A DNA stretch of 64,000 bases from Escherichia coli (GTDB taxonomy: Bacteria > Pseudomonadota > Gammaproteobacteria > Enterobacterales > Enterobacteriaceae), in NCBI GenBank assembly GCA_005400705.1, contig GCA_005400705.1_4079.1; one strand, written 5' to 3'. The position numbers and the translations under genes are program-made. Positions within the stretch are counted from its first letter, which is position 1, and every line of letters starts with the position of its first letter. Positions 1 to 8,600 of the stretch are shown here, one piece after another. The notes beneath the pieces were generated by a model. That model searched no databases, was not told the origin of the DNA, and saw only the letters and a list, made by a program, of their open reading frames with translations.

Positions 1-154
1 AATGTTTACTGATGGTGAACCGTGGCAGTCATGGGGTGATCCAAACTACTGTAAAACACTGTTCGTGATTCACAGTAACCCAAATAAAGTTGCACCATTT
101 GGTGAGACTGTACACTACGAATATGAAGCTGATAAAAAGCGTCAACGTAGTTAA
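1..154 (+). CDS. 3' end of an upstream gene (partial, product not recognised)
   Basis: Frame-2 open reading frame enters the window and stops at TAA 152-154, immediately followed by a stem-loop terminator; the competing 81-aa minus ORF 6..251 overlaps the terminator and promoter and is rejected. Confidence 0.35.
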   Translation, partial: MFTDGEPWQSWGDPNYCKTLFVIHSNPNKVAPFGETVHYEYEADKKRQRS

Positions 155-165
155 GTACTAAATAA

Positions 166-197
166 AGAGAACGGAATTTTCCGTTCTCTTCTTTTAT
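166..197 (+). terminator. intrinsic terminator (stem AGAGAACGG / CCGTTCTCT, T-tract)
   Basis: Perfect 9-bp inverted repeat with 6-nt loop followed by TCTTTTAT, 12 nt after the stop codon at 152-154. Confidence 0.7.
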
Positions 198-202
198 AAG
201 TG

Positions 203-230
203 GGGACAACTTATAAAAATATGATATAAT
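203..230 (+). promoter_or_regulatory. sigma70-type early promoter (GGGACA-N16-TGaTATAAT)
   Basis: -35-like GGGACA 203-208, 16-nt spacer, extended -10 TGaTATAAT 222-230; same architecture recurs at 21207, 44179 and 49898. Confidence 0.55.
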
Positions 231-264
231 AGTTAATGTACCAATATACATGGAGAGTATTAAA

Positions 265-510
265 ATGGAACAAGAAAATAATCAAATTCAACTAACCCTT
301 CTAGACCTAATCAATGCTGCAAAAATCATGGAAGCTGCTGTTGCACGAAACACCTTTAAAGTTGAAGAACTTGTTGAGGTTGCTCCAGTTGTATCTAAAT
401 TTGTTTCTTTTGCAAATGTAGCTCTTGAAGATATTAAAGCACAAGAAGATGCAGCTAAAGAAGAAGCTGAATCACAAGATAGTGAAACTCAAGAAGATAA
501 AGGAGAATAA
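265..510 (+). CDS. small highly acidic early protein (hypothetical)
   Basis: ORF-track frame 250..510; start moved to ATG 265 because GGAGAG at 252-257 gives a 7-nt spacing; C-terminal third is Glu/Asp-rich. Confidence 0.6.
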   Translation: MEQENNQIQLTLLDLINAAKIMEAAVARNTFKVEELVEVAPVVSKFVSFANVALEDIKAQEDAAKEEAESQDSETQEDKGE

Positions 511-512
511 TT

Positions 513-1169
513 ATGGCAGCTATTCGTCATGTTGGTGTAATGCGTAATACAGGTTCTCGTGTTTTTGTTGTTTGGCGTTCACTACCAGATGATCCTGAAC
601 ACTGCCTTATCGTTTATCGTGATTCACTACCAGAAGCATATGTTCACGCAGTAACTGATATTGTTATGGGTCATGGTCAATCTAATATTGATTTGTGGGA
701 AGTAATGCATAAAATTGGTTATCTCGATGGACGCAAAATGCTAGATGTTCTACACAACATGCAGCATCTACGTCGCGTTCGTACTTGTGACATTGATATG
801 CACACTGGTGGTAATAATAAAATTTCTCTTGATGTTCTAAACAAAGCATTAGATGAAAATCAAGCGAAAGTACAAGAAGATGGTAAAGTAAAAGACTTTA
901 ACCCATTCAATCCACAAGAAGCAGACACTAAAGTAGAAGAAGCTACTATTGTAGAAAAACTTCTCTCTGATGCACAAAAATATGAACAACTGGCTAAAGA
1001 ACATTATGAACGTGCATACAATTTAGAGCCAAGCTTGCGTCCGCAAACACAAGTTGTTGAACAACCGAAAGATAGTAAAACAATTTATCTAGAAATTCCA
1101 GAAGGTATTTCACAGACTAAAGCTATTGAGAAAGTAAAACAACTATTTGCAGAACGTAAAGCAAAATAA
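513..1169 (+). CDS. hypothetical protein
   Basis: 218-aa ORF with AAGGAGA RBS upstream of ATG 513; tightly packed in the same operon; no family recognised. Confidence 0.6.
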   Translation: MAAIRHVGVMRNTGSRVFVVWRSLPDDPEHCLIVYRDSLPEAYVHAVTDIVMGHGQSNIDLWEVMHKIGYLDGRKMLDVLHNMQHLRRVRTCDIDMHTGGNNKISLDVLNKALDENQAKVQEDGKVKDFNPFNPQEADTKVEEATIVEKLLSDAQKYEQLAKEHYERAYNLEPSLRPQTQVVEQPKDSKTIYLEIPEGISQTKAIEKVKQLFAERKAK

Positions 1170-1172
1170 AAT

Positions 1173-1766
1173 ATGAAAAAGAATGAATTAGATGAAGCAA
1201 TTAAAGGTTTATCTAATGTATGTTTTAGTGGCGGGGCAGCAGGTGCTGACCGCCTTTTTTCTATCTATGCAAAAAATAATGGATTTGAAGTTATTAATTT
1301 TTCATTCAAAGGTCATGAGCATAGTGTAGATGAAAGTACTATATTAGAAATACCATCCAATATTCTATCTGATATTTCTATATTAAATCAACTAAACATT
1401 GCATGTTACTCGTTGCAGCGAAAAGTACCAAAGCCTGGTTCTTATGTTTACAACTTACTTGCAAGGAATAGTTATCAGATACTTAATACAGAAAGAATAT
1501 ATTGTATTGCAAATATCACATCACCAACTAAGGTAAGTGGTGGTACTGCATGGGCAGTACAGATGTATATGGATTCAGTTGAAAATCCTGAAATTTATTG
1601 TTATGATATGAATTCACGTTCAGTATTTTATTTCGATACAGTACTGAAAGAGTTCACACAAACATTCGTCGTTCCAGCACCACATGGTAACTGGACTGGT
1701 ATTGGTTCACGCAATGCCACCGAAAAACATATGGAACATTTTATTACATTTTTCAAGGAAGAATAA
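1173..1766 (+). CDS. Rossmann-like SLOG/DprA-like protein (putative nucleotide-binding or nucleotide-processing)
   Basis: 197-aa ORF with N-terminal glycine-rich loop FSGGAAGADRLF and later VSGGTAWAV, reminiscent of DprA/LOG/YpsA (SLOG) signatures; stop overlaps the td start (TAATG). Confidence 0.4.
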   Translation: MKKNELDEAIKGLSNVCFSGGAAGADRLFSIYAKNNGFEVINFSFKGHEHSVDESTILEIPSNILSDISILNQLNIACYSLQRKVPKPGSYVYNLLARNSYQILNTERIYCIANITSPTKVSGGTAWAVQMYMDSVENPEIYCYDMNSRSVFYFDTVLKEFTQTFVVPAPHGNWTGIGSRNATEKHMEHFITFFKEE

Positions 1767-2695
1767 TGAAACAACTACAAGAACTATATCAAAAAATTCT
1801 AGATGAAGGCGTAGAAAGCGTTGACCGTACTGGTGTTGGAACAATCAAACTTATCGGTCAACAAATGCGTTTTGACCTTAAAGATGGTTTCCCAGCAGTG
1901 ACGACAAAACGTCTAGCTTGGAAAGCAATGACTTCAGAATTACTATGGTTTATTGAAGGTTCCCATGATGAGCGTCGCCTTTGTGAAATTTTGCATGGAA
2001 CTCGTGATACAGAAAAGAAAACTATTTGGACAGATAATTACCTAAATCAAGGCGTTGCTCTTGGTTATACTGATGGTGAGTTAGGTCCAGTGTATGGTAA
2101 GCAATGGCGTGAATGGGAAGATTATAAATTTAGTTCCAGTACTGAAGAAATTCAAGAATTAAAAGATAAAGGATACAAAGTTATCGATTATACTGGATCG
2201 CATGGTGTTGTTATGAAACGTACAACTGACCAATTACAGGAACTAATCAAAGGTATAAAGTCCGATCCATATGGTCGTCGCCATATTCTAAGTGCATGGA
2301 ACGTTGGTGAGCTTGATGATATGACGTTACCACCTTGTCATAGCTTTGTACAATTTTGTGTAGTACAAGGGAAACTAAGCTGCATTCTACATCAAAGATC
2401 CGCTGATCTATTTTTGGGAGTTCCATTTAATATCAGTAGTTATTCACTACTAACTCATATGATTGCACAAATTACTGGTTTAGATGTTGGTGAATTTATT
2501 TGGAATGGTGGTGATTGTCACATTTATAAAAACCACGTTGAACAAGTAAAAGAACAACTACAGCGAAAACCTCGTGAATTACCTGAATTGTGGCTTGATC
2601 CTACAATTACTAATATTGAAGATTTCACTATGGATTCTTTTAAATTAGTGAATTACAACCCAATGCCAACAATTAAAGCACCTATGGCTGTATAA
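1766..2695 (+). CDS. td: thymidylate synthase
   Basis: 309-aa product with canonical ThyA motifs including catalytic LPPCH (TLPPCHSFVQF) and a T4 Td-like N-terminus; uninterrupted reading frame. Confidence 0.95.
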   Translation: MKQLQELYQKILDEGVESVDRTGVGTIKLIGQQMRFDLKDGFPAVTTKRLAWKAMTSELLWFIEGSHDERRLCEILHGTRDTEKKTIWTDNYLNQGVALGYTDGELGPVYGKQWREWEDYKFSSSTEEIQELKDKGYKVIDYTGSHGVVMKRTTDQLQELIKGIKSDPYGRRHILSAWNVGELDDMTLPPCHSFVQFCVVQGKLSCILHQRSADLFLGVPFNISSYSLLTHMIAQITGLDVGEFIWNGGDCHIYKNHVEQVKEQLQRKPRELPELWLDPTITNIEDFTMDSFKLVNYNPMPTIKAPMAV

Positions 2696-2698
2696 ACG

Positions 2699-2730
2699 AA
2701 AAGGGAGAACTGATGTTCTCCCTTTTTTAT
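2699..2730. terminator. bidirectional intrinsic terminator between convergent td and fibre gene
   Basis: AAGGGAGAAC / GTTCTCCCTT inverted repeat with 4-nt loop, A-tract before and T-tract after. Confidence 0.75.
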
Positions 2731-4694
2731 TATCTAATTGTTACCAATGTTCTTCCGTCGAAACGTACATCAGGAGTTGAAGGTATACTAAACACTACGT
2801 TAGTGCCGTTAAACGTAACGCTATCGACCTCAACACGAGTATAGACACCAGGACTAACCTGTTCCTGTATCTCTGCTGTGACGATGTTTGAGGCTGTTAC
2901 AGTAAGGGTGTAGTAGTTACCACTTAATACCCAAGATGAAATTGTAAAAGCATCGGTTCTCACTGAACCTGAACCAATTGGAACCCATTGACCTTGAACT
3001 TTTTGCATTGAAGTACGCTCGGTATTGGAGTATGCAATCATACCATCAACGCCAACAGAGTTATCAATAGTAGCTAGTACTGGTAATTGGATACCATATC
3101 TATTAAAACGTGTTCTTATAGTTCCATTATCATAGATACTTACATCAGCATAATTACCCATTGATAGTTTTAAATCAGAACTAACTAATTGGATTGTACT
3201 TTGATTAGTAGTACTTTCTAATGTAATTATACCATTAGCTAATAGATTTATATTTTTAAATTTATTAGTTGTTCCATTGAAATTAGTGTTTGCTGTAAAC
3301 GTACTAACTCCATTAACTGTAATTGTATCAGATGCAGCATCGCCTAATGTAGTATTACCTTGAATGTTCAAATTACCACTAGCAGTGATATTACTAGCTG
3401 ATGTATCACCAGTCAATGTACTTGTACCATCAACCACAATATTACCATGAAACGCACTTTCACCATTTTTAAATTCAACTTGTACTTTATTCATTGAACT
3501 AAATGAAATAATATTACTACTAGCACTTAGTCCAACATTAGTATTGGTTGCATTATCAAATCTTAGTACTGGGGTTGATGCTGGGGTTGAAGTTGTTTGG
3601 TATAATGTTAATGTTGAATTATTAATTCTAATACGTTCAGTTCCAGCAGTACTGAAACCAATTGCATCATCTGCTGGATGAAACATACCAGTATTAGCGT
3701 CTGACCATTTTGCAGGATCATTACCTGGGTTATTGGTTGGATCAAATGGATTGTTATTAAATGTCAATGCTGGTGCTGCTGCACTACCATAGACCACACC
3801 AAAACGCCCTGAGCCGCTTGTTCCATCATTATACATGGAATCACCAGTTCTACGTAAACATTCAATCACAACGTTATCTATGGATGTTTGTACGGTTCCT
3901 GCGTTTGTTCTAAATTGACGATGGTTTGCAATCATTACTGTATTGTCATATAATACAGAAGCAGCAGAAATGCTTGTTCTTGACTGGCGTAGACGTATGT
4001 TTTTATCTTCAGTTATAATGATCCAATCACCATCTGATAGTGCGGTTTGGTTCATTGGAACGCCTGAAGCAAATGGTTTGGTTAAGTCAGCATCTGTTGC
4101 TAAATTTTTAAGACCATCATGACCAGTACTAGGAATAGATGCAGTAATAATTCTTGCAAAAGCGTATGTTACAAGTTTAGCACCAGATATATTTGGATTG
4201 GAGTCAACATAATATAAAATTTCAATCCAATTACCTTGACCAGTTGGGTTCGTAGGTGTAAATGTAACCGGACTTGTTTGTGGGTTATTTGCTTCAAAGT
4301 GTGCTTGTGCTGCATCCATAATACCACGAACAACATAATAATCACCATTTAGTGATGCTGCTGGTGCTGGTAGTGGTGTTTGTGCTAAAGGTGGATCAAT
4401 ATCATCTGGGATAGGATTGTATGTACCAACAAACTGTAAACCACTAGTTACTGAATCTGGTAATTGGGAAGTAAGAAGTTTACCATTTGCATCTAAGTTT
4501 GCAAAGCGGCGATATGCCATAGTACCATCTTCAAAATCCAGAACACCTTCAAATGATTTCCATTCCTTATTGTATCTAATCATCCCTGATCTTATTACAT
4601 CAGCGGTTTCTTTTGATGGTGCTTTCGGTAACTCTAAAAAAGATTTACTATCAATAATTACACCACCATCACCTCTAATTCGATTTATACTCAT
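2730..4694 (-). CDS. tail fibre / tailspike-like protein
   Basis: 654-aa ORF; C-terminal half is Ser/Thr/Asn/Gly-rich beta-strand repeat sequence typical of phage fibres; GAGG RBS; part of a multi-fibre cluster. Confidence 0.6.
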   Translation of the reverse strand: MSINRIRGDGGVIIDSKSFLELPKAPSKETADVIRSGMIRYNKEWKSFEGVLDFEDGTMAYRRFANLDANGKLLTSQLPDSVTSGLQFVGTYNPIPDDIDPPLAQTPLPAPAASLNGDYYVVRGIMDAAQAHFEANNPQTSPVTFTPTNPTGQGNWIEILYYVDSNPNISGAKLVTYAFARIITASIPSTGHDGLKNLATDADLTKPFASGVPMNQTALSDGDWIIITEDKNIRLRQSRTSISAASVLYDNTVMIANHRQFRTNAGTVQTSIDNVVIECLRRTGDSMYNDGTSGSGRFGVVYGSAAAPALTFNNNPFDPTNNPGNDPAKWSDANTGMFHPADDAIGFSTAGTERIRINNSTLTLYQTTSTPASTPVLRFDNATNTNVGLSASSNIISFSSMNKVQVEFKNGESAFHGNIVVDGTSTLTGDTSASNITASGNLNIQGNTTLGDAASDTITVNGVSTFTANTNFNGTTNKFKNINLLANGIITLESTTNQSTIQLVSSDLKLSMGNYADVSIYDNGTIRTRFNRYGIQLPVLATIDNSVGVDGMIAYSNTERTSMQKVQGQWVPIGSGSVRTDAFTISSWVLSGNYYTLTVTASNIVTAEIQEQVSPGVYTRVEVDSVTFNGTNVVFSIPSTPDVRFDGRTLVTIR

Positions 4695-4714
4695 TTAAAT
4701 ATTTCCTCAGAATA

Positions 4715-4722
4715 GATTTATA
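4715..4722 (-). promoter_or_regulatory. T4-type late promoter-like element (TATAAATC)
   Basis: Reverse complement of 4715-4722 is TATAAATC, followed by CTATTC, 20 nt upstream of the fibre gene ATG. Confidence 0.4.
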
Positions 4723-4741
4723 TGATGTATTTATTTTAGTT

Positions 4742-4772
4742 AAAAGAAAAGGCCAAGCATAGGCTTGACCTT
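4742..4772 (-). terminator. intrinsic terminator after the 259-aa gene
   Basis: On the minus strand a 10-bp stem AAGGUCAAGC / GCUUGGCCUU (one G-U pair) is followed by UUUCUUUU, directly 3' of the stop at 4779. Confidence 0.6.
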
Positions 4773-4778
4773 AAAAAA

Positions 4779-5558
4779 TTAACGTATACGTTCAGGAATA
4801 TCAACACCTTCATATACCCAAGTTGCAGCTTGTTGTGCCTTATAAATTGCATCAGGATCTAAATCATCAACTGCATCAATTGCTGCACACTGATTGTCAC
4901 ATTCTGTAAACAATTGCTCAATCATAGCAAAGGCTCCAGTGTATAGTTGTGTCATTTCAGTAGCAGATAATTTTACAATTGCGTCATCAAGAAAAATAGA
5001 AACACTTTCAGAACCTGAAGTGACTTGTGTATAGTAATTAAGAAGCATTTGACGACCAGACATATCAGTACTGTAACGATGACCATTGAACATATAACCA
5101 GAATTCATACGATTTGTACGTTCTGATATAGTTCTTGCTTTTAAATCAGCTTTAACATCTGCTATTGGCATATCAATATAATGATATGTTTTAAGAACAG
5201 TTAGTGCTTTATATTCTTCGGTAGCGTCTTCTAAAAATTCAACAATAGGTTGATTTTCATCTTTTAATTTAATAAACTCCAACGGTTGTTCAATAGCATT
5301 AACATTTCCAACATTTTTATACACTAACCACCAAAAACCTTCTTCTTTTCTAACAGCATCATTAGGTTCTACTGGGGAACCATCTTTACTTGAAATACCA
5401 TAAAGAGTTCTAATATCACTATAAAGATAACGATAGGTTTGTGGATCTTCTGGTGTTGCACCAGGACGTTCTTTAAGTCCTTTTACACCAATTGGATTGG
5501 AAATAATGTTTCCCAATTCATAATTTTCTTTTGAATTTCCTTTCACATATGTGAACAT
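4779..5558 (-). CDS. hypothetical protein between two fibre genes
   Basis: 259-aa ORF with GAGGTAG RBS; no family recognised. Confidence 0.55.
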   Translation of the reverse strand: MFTYVKGNSKENYELGNIISNPIGVKGLKERPGATPEDPQTYRYLYSDIRTLYGISSKDGSPVEPNDAVRKEEGFWWLVYKNVGNVNAIEQPLEFIKLKDENQPIVEFLEDATEEYKALTVLKTYHYIDMPIADVKADLKARTISERTNRMNSGYMFNGHRYSTDMSGRQMLLNYYTQVTSGSESVSIFLDDAIVKLSATEMTQLYTGAFAMIEQLFTECDNQCAAIDAVDDLDPDAIYKAQQAATWVYEGVDIPERIR

Positions 5559-5581
5559 ATAACTACCTCACTTGTTATGAT

Positions 5582-5606
5582 GGTGTCACCCAAAATGAGT
5601 GACACC
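5582..5606 (-). promoter_or_regulatory. perfect 8-bp inverted repeat (GGTGTCAC N9 GTGACACC) in an intergenic leader
   Basis: Lies between the stop of the giant fibre gene (5623) and the RBS/start of the 259-aa gene (5558); no adjacent U-tract, so not a canonical terminator. Confidence 0.4.
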
Positions 5607-5622
5607 TTTATTATTATAATTA

Positions 5623-8600
5623 TTAAGCAGTACGTTGTGCAATAAACATATCTGTTACTGGACTCACACCGTCATAAATGACTTGGTAGATAGTTACAGA
5701 GTTTGCAGTTTTGTTCAGTGTGCCATCAACAACCGCATAAGTACCATCAGTAGTAAAGTTTCTATTACCTGTTGCATCTTGTTTCACATAAATGTATACT
5801 GAAGATGCTTTACCACCACCGATTAGACCAGTGATTGGTGCTAGAGTGGTATCTTGATCTAGAGTGATAAAGTATACGTTGCTAGTACCGTCTGGGGTCC
5901 AAGTACCAGTTGGTGCGATAACAGAAGAAGTTACTTGATTAGGAATAACATCATATTTTTTAGTAGTTACTGTTGTTGTAGTTAGGTCAGCATTAGTAGT
6001 TGTCAATTGACCAGTTACAGTTACATCTTTATCAAATACTGCATTTTCTTTGAAAGAAGATGTTGCATTGACAGTTAATGTATCAGCAGCAGCGTCACCT
6101 AAAACAACACTACCATTTGCAGTCATTAAACCAGTAACAGTTAAAGTACCACCGATTGTTGCTGCTCCAGTAACAGATGCACTAGCAAGTGTTGCTGCAC
6201 CAGAAGTAGTAATGGTAGTTACTGAAGTTGCTGCTAGGGTTGCAGTACCTGTTGCAGAAATATCACCACCAACAGTTAGGTTACCAGAAGTAATTCCAAC
6301 GGTTCCAGTAATGTTAGCACCACTTGACATCGTTACTGCACCACCAAATGAACCAGTAGTAGTTACTTCAAGGGTGTTCCCTTTTAGTAGACCAGTTGCA
6401 GTAATACTTGTACCTGCGGTAATACTAGTACCAGCAGCAACACTGTTGGTTGCAGTTAATGATTTAACAGCCACGTCAGAGTTTGCTTGGTTTAGTGTTG
6501 CGTTTAGTAGACCAGTTACTGTAAAGTTACCGTTGTTAACTACGTTACCATTGATTGTTAAGTTGTTGTTTTGTGAACCAACATCACCAATAGTTGCTGA
6601 TTTGGAAATCAACTCTGCACCAGAAGTAATGTTACCCGCTGCACTAATAGTGTCAGCCGCAACAACTGCATAAGGTTCAATTGTTTGACCACTAACGTCA
6701 ATATCAGCGTTGATACCACCATCTACACGCAAGGAGCCTGCAATGTAAGTATTAGGGAAAATCTGAACTGTCTCTGGTTGATCACCAATTTTAGTACCGA
6801 TAATAACATCAGAACCAGTTTTAACTGCACCAGAGGTTGTTAGTGAACCTAAAGTTGTAGCACCAGTTACACCTAATGTTCCACCAATTGTTGCGTTATT
6901 GGTAACTGCTAATGCAGCACCTTCACCATTAAGAGCGATTGATGGAGCAGATACTGCACCAGTTACGCCTAATGTGCCACCAATTGTTGCGTTGCCATCT
7001 GAATGTAGAGTTGTAGCTACAGAAAGACTGTTAGCAACTACATCAGTACTAGCTAAATCCAATGCACCTGGGGTTAATGTACCAGTAATGTTAACATTAT
7101 TACCAAAGGTTGCTGCACCAGTCACATCTAGTGTAGTACTAAATGTACCAGAGGTTGCAGAGATTGCACCTGAATCTAGTGATCCAACAGTTGCTTTCCC
7201 AGTTACACCTAAAGTTCCACCAACAGTTCCATTTGTGGTTACATCCAATGTACCAGTACTTAGTTCTTGTGCGGTTACCTTACCGGATGCAGTAACAGTT
7301 GAAGTGGAAACGCCACCAGTTAGAGTACTAGCACCAGTAACACTTAATGTGGTTGCAGCAGTTACGCTATTTACGCTAAGATCAGCACCGGATAAGTCCA
7401 AACCACCTTCAGGAACAAATACACCCTTAACAGTTAGTTTTTGTACTGTACTATCACCTGTTACATCCAAGGTAGAAGCAGTTAAACCACCATTCATACT
7501 TGCTGCACCAGTAACACCTAGTGTAGTGGTTACAGTAGCACTATTAAGTGTTGAACTACCAGAAATATTAGCACTAGGAGCAGTAATAGTTCCAGAATCA
7601 ACTTGTATACCACCTGCAACAACCTGAATTCCACCAGCATTAACTGTTAGTTTACCAGCAGTATTCAATGTATTTGAAACTGTTGTTGCACCAGTTAAAG
7701 TTGTAGTACCAGTTACACCTAAGTTACCAGAAATAGATGGACTACCTGTAATATTACCAGTAGTTAGTATCAAATCAGTACCTACGGTAGTGGAGCCAGT
7801 ACTTTCTAGTGTCACACCAACGATGTTTGCAGAACTTAGGTTAATAGTACCATCAACAGTTAAGTTACCTTGAACGGTTGCATCACCTAGAGAAGTTAAT
7901 GTCTTCACAGACACATCAGTTGTGCTAAGATCAATAACACCCGCAGTTAGTGTTCCAGATACTGCTAAATTACCAGTAATCGCGGTATTTTTAGTAATGG
8001 ATACATTTTCTGCCGCTGAAGTAATAGAACCAACAGTAAGTACACCACCAACAGTTGCGTTATTAGTTACATTTAGAGCAGTTCCAACACCAGATAGTGT
8101 TGCTGACCCACCAGTAATTGCACCTGAGATTGAAGCTGTTGCTGCTGAAACATCACCAGAAACTACTGCATTTGTTGCATTTAGAGCAGACACTGTAACT
8201 TCAGTACTTTGAACTTTAGGTAGAACGTTGATACCTTCTGCACTACTAACTGTAATAATACCAGTACTTGTTAGAGATTTAACAGATACATCAGCACCAC
8301 TTAAATCAACTGTACCAGAAACAACAAGATCTCCACCAATATTTGCTCCAGCGGTAGTAGTAATGGATTTTGCACTTACATCAGTTGTGCTCAAATCAAT
8401 TGCACCTGGTGTTACTGTACCAGAAACTGTTAGGTCACCAGTAATAGATGTATTATTGGAAATAGATACACCATCAACGTTACTAATTGTTGGGGTTTCT
8501 ACAGAAACTGCTTTAACTTTACCTGAAGAAGTTACGTCAGCTACGGTAGATGCACCAGTAACATTCAAATTAGTAATATTTGCAGTTGTTGAACCAAGGG

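Noticed and set aside
6-251. 81-aa minus-strand ORF at the window start
   Set aside because: Overlaps the plus-strand terminator and early promoter and is antisense to a better plus-strand frame ending at 154.
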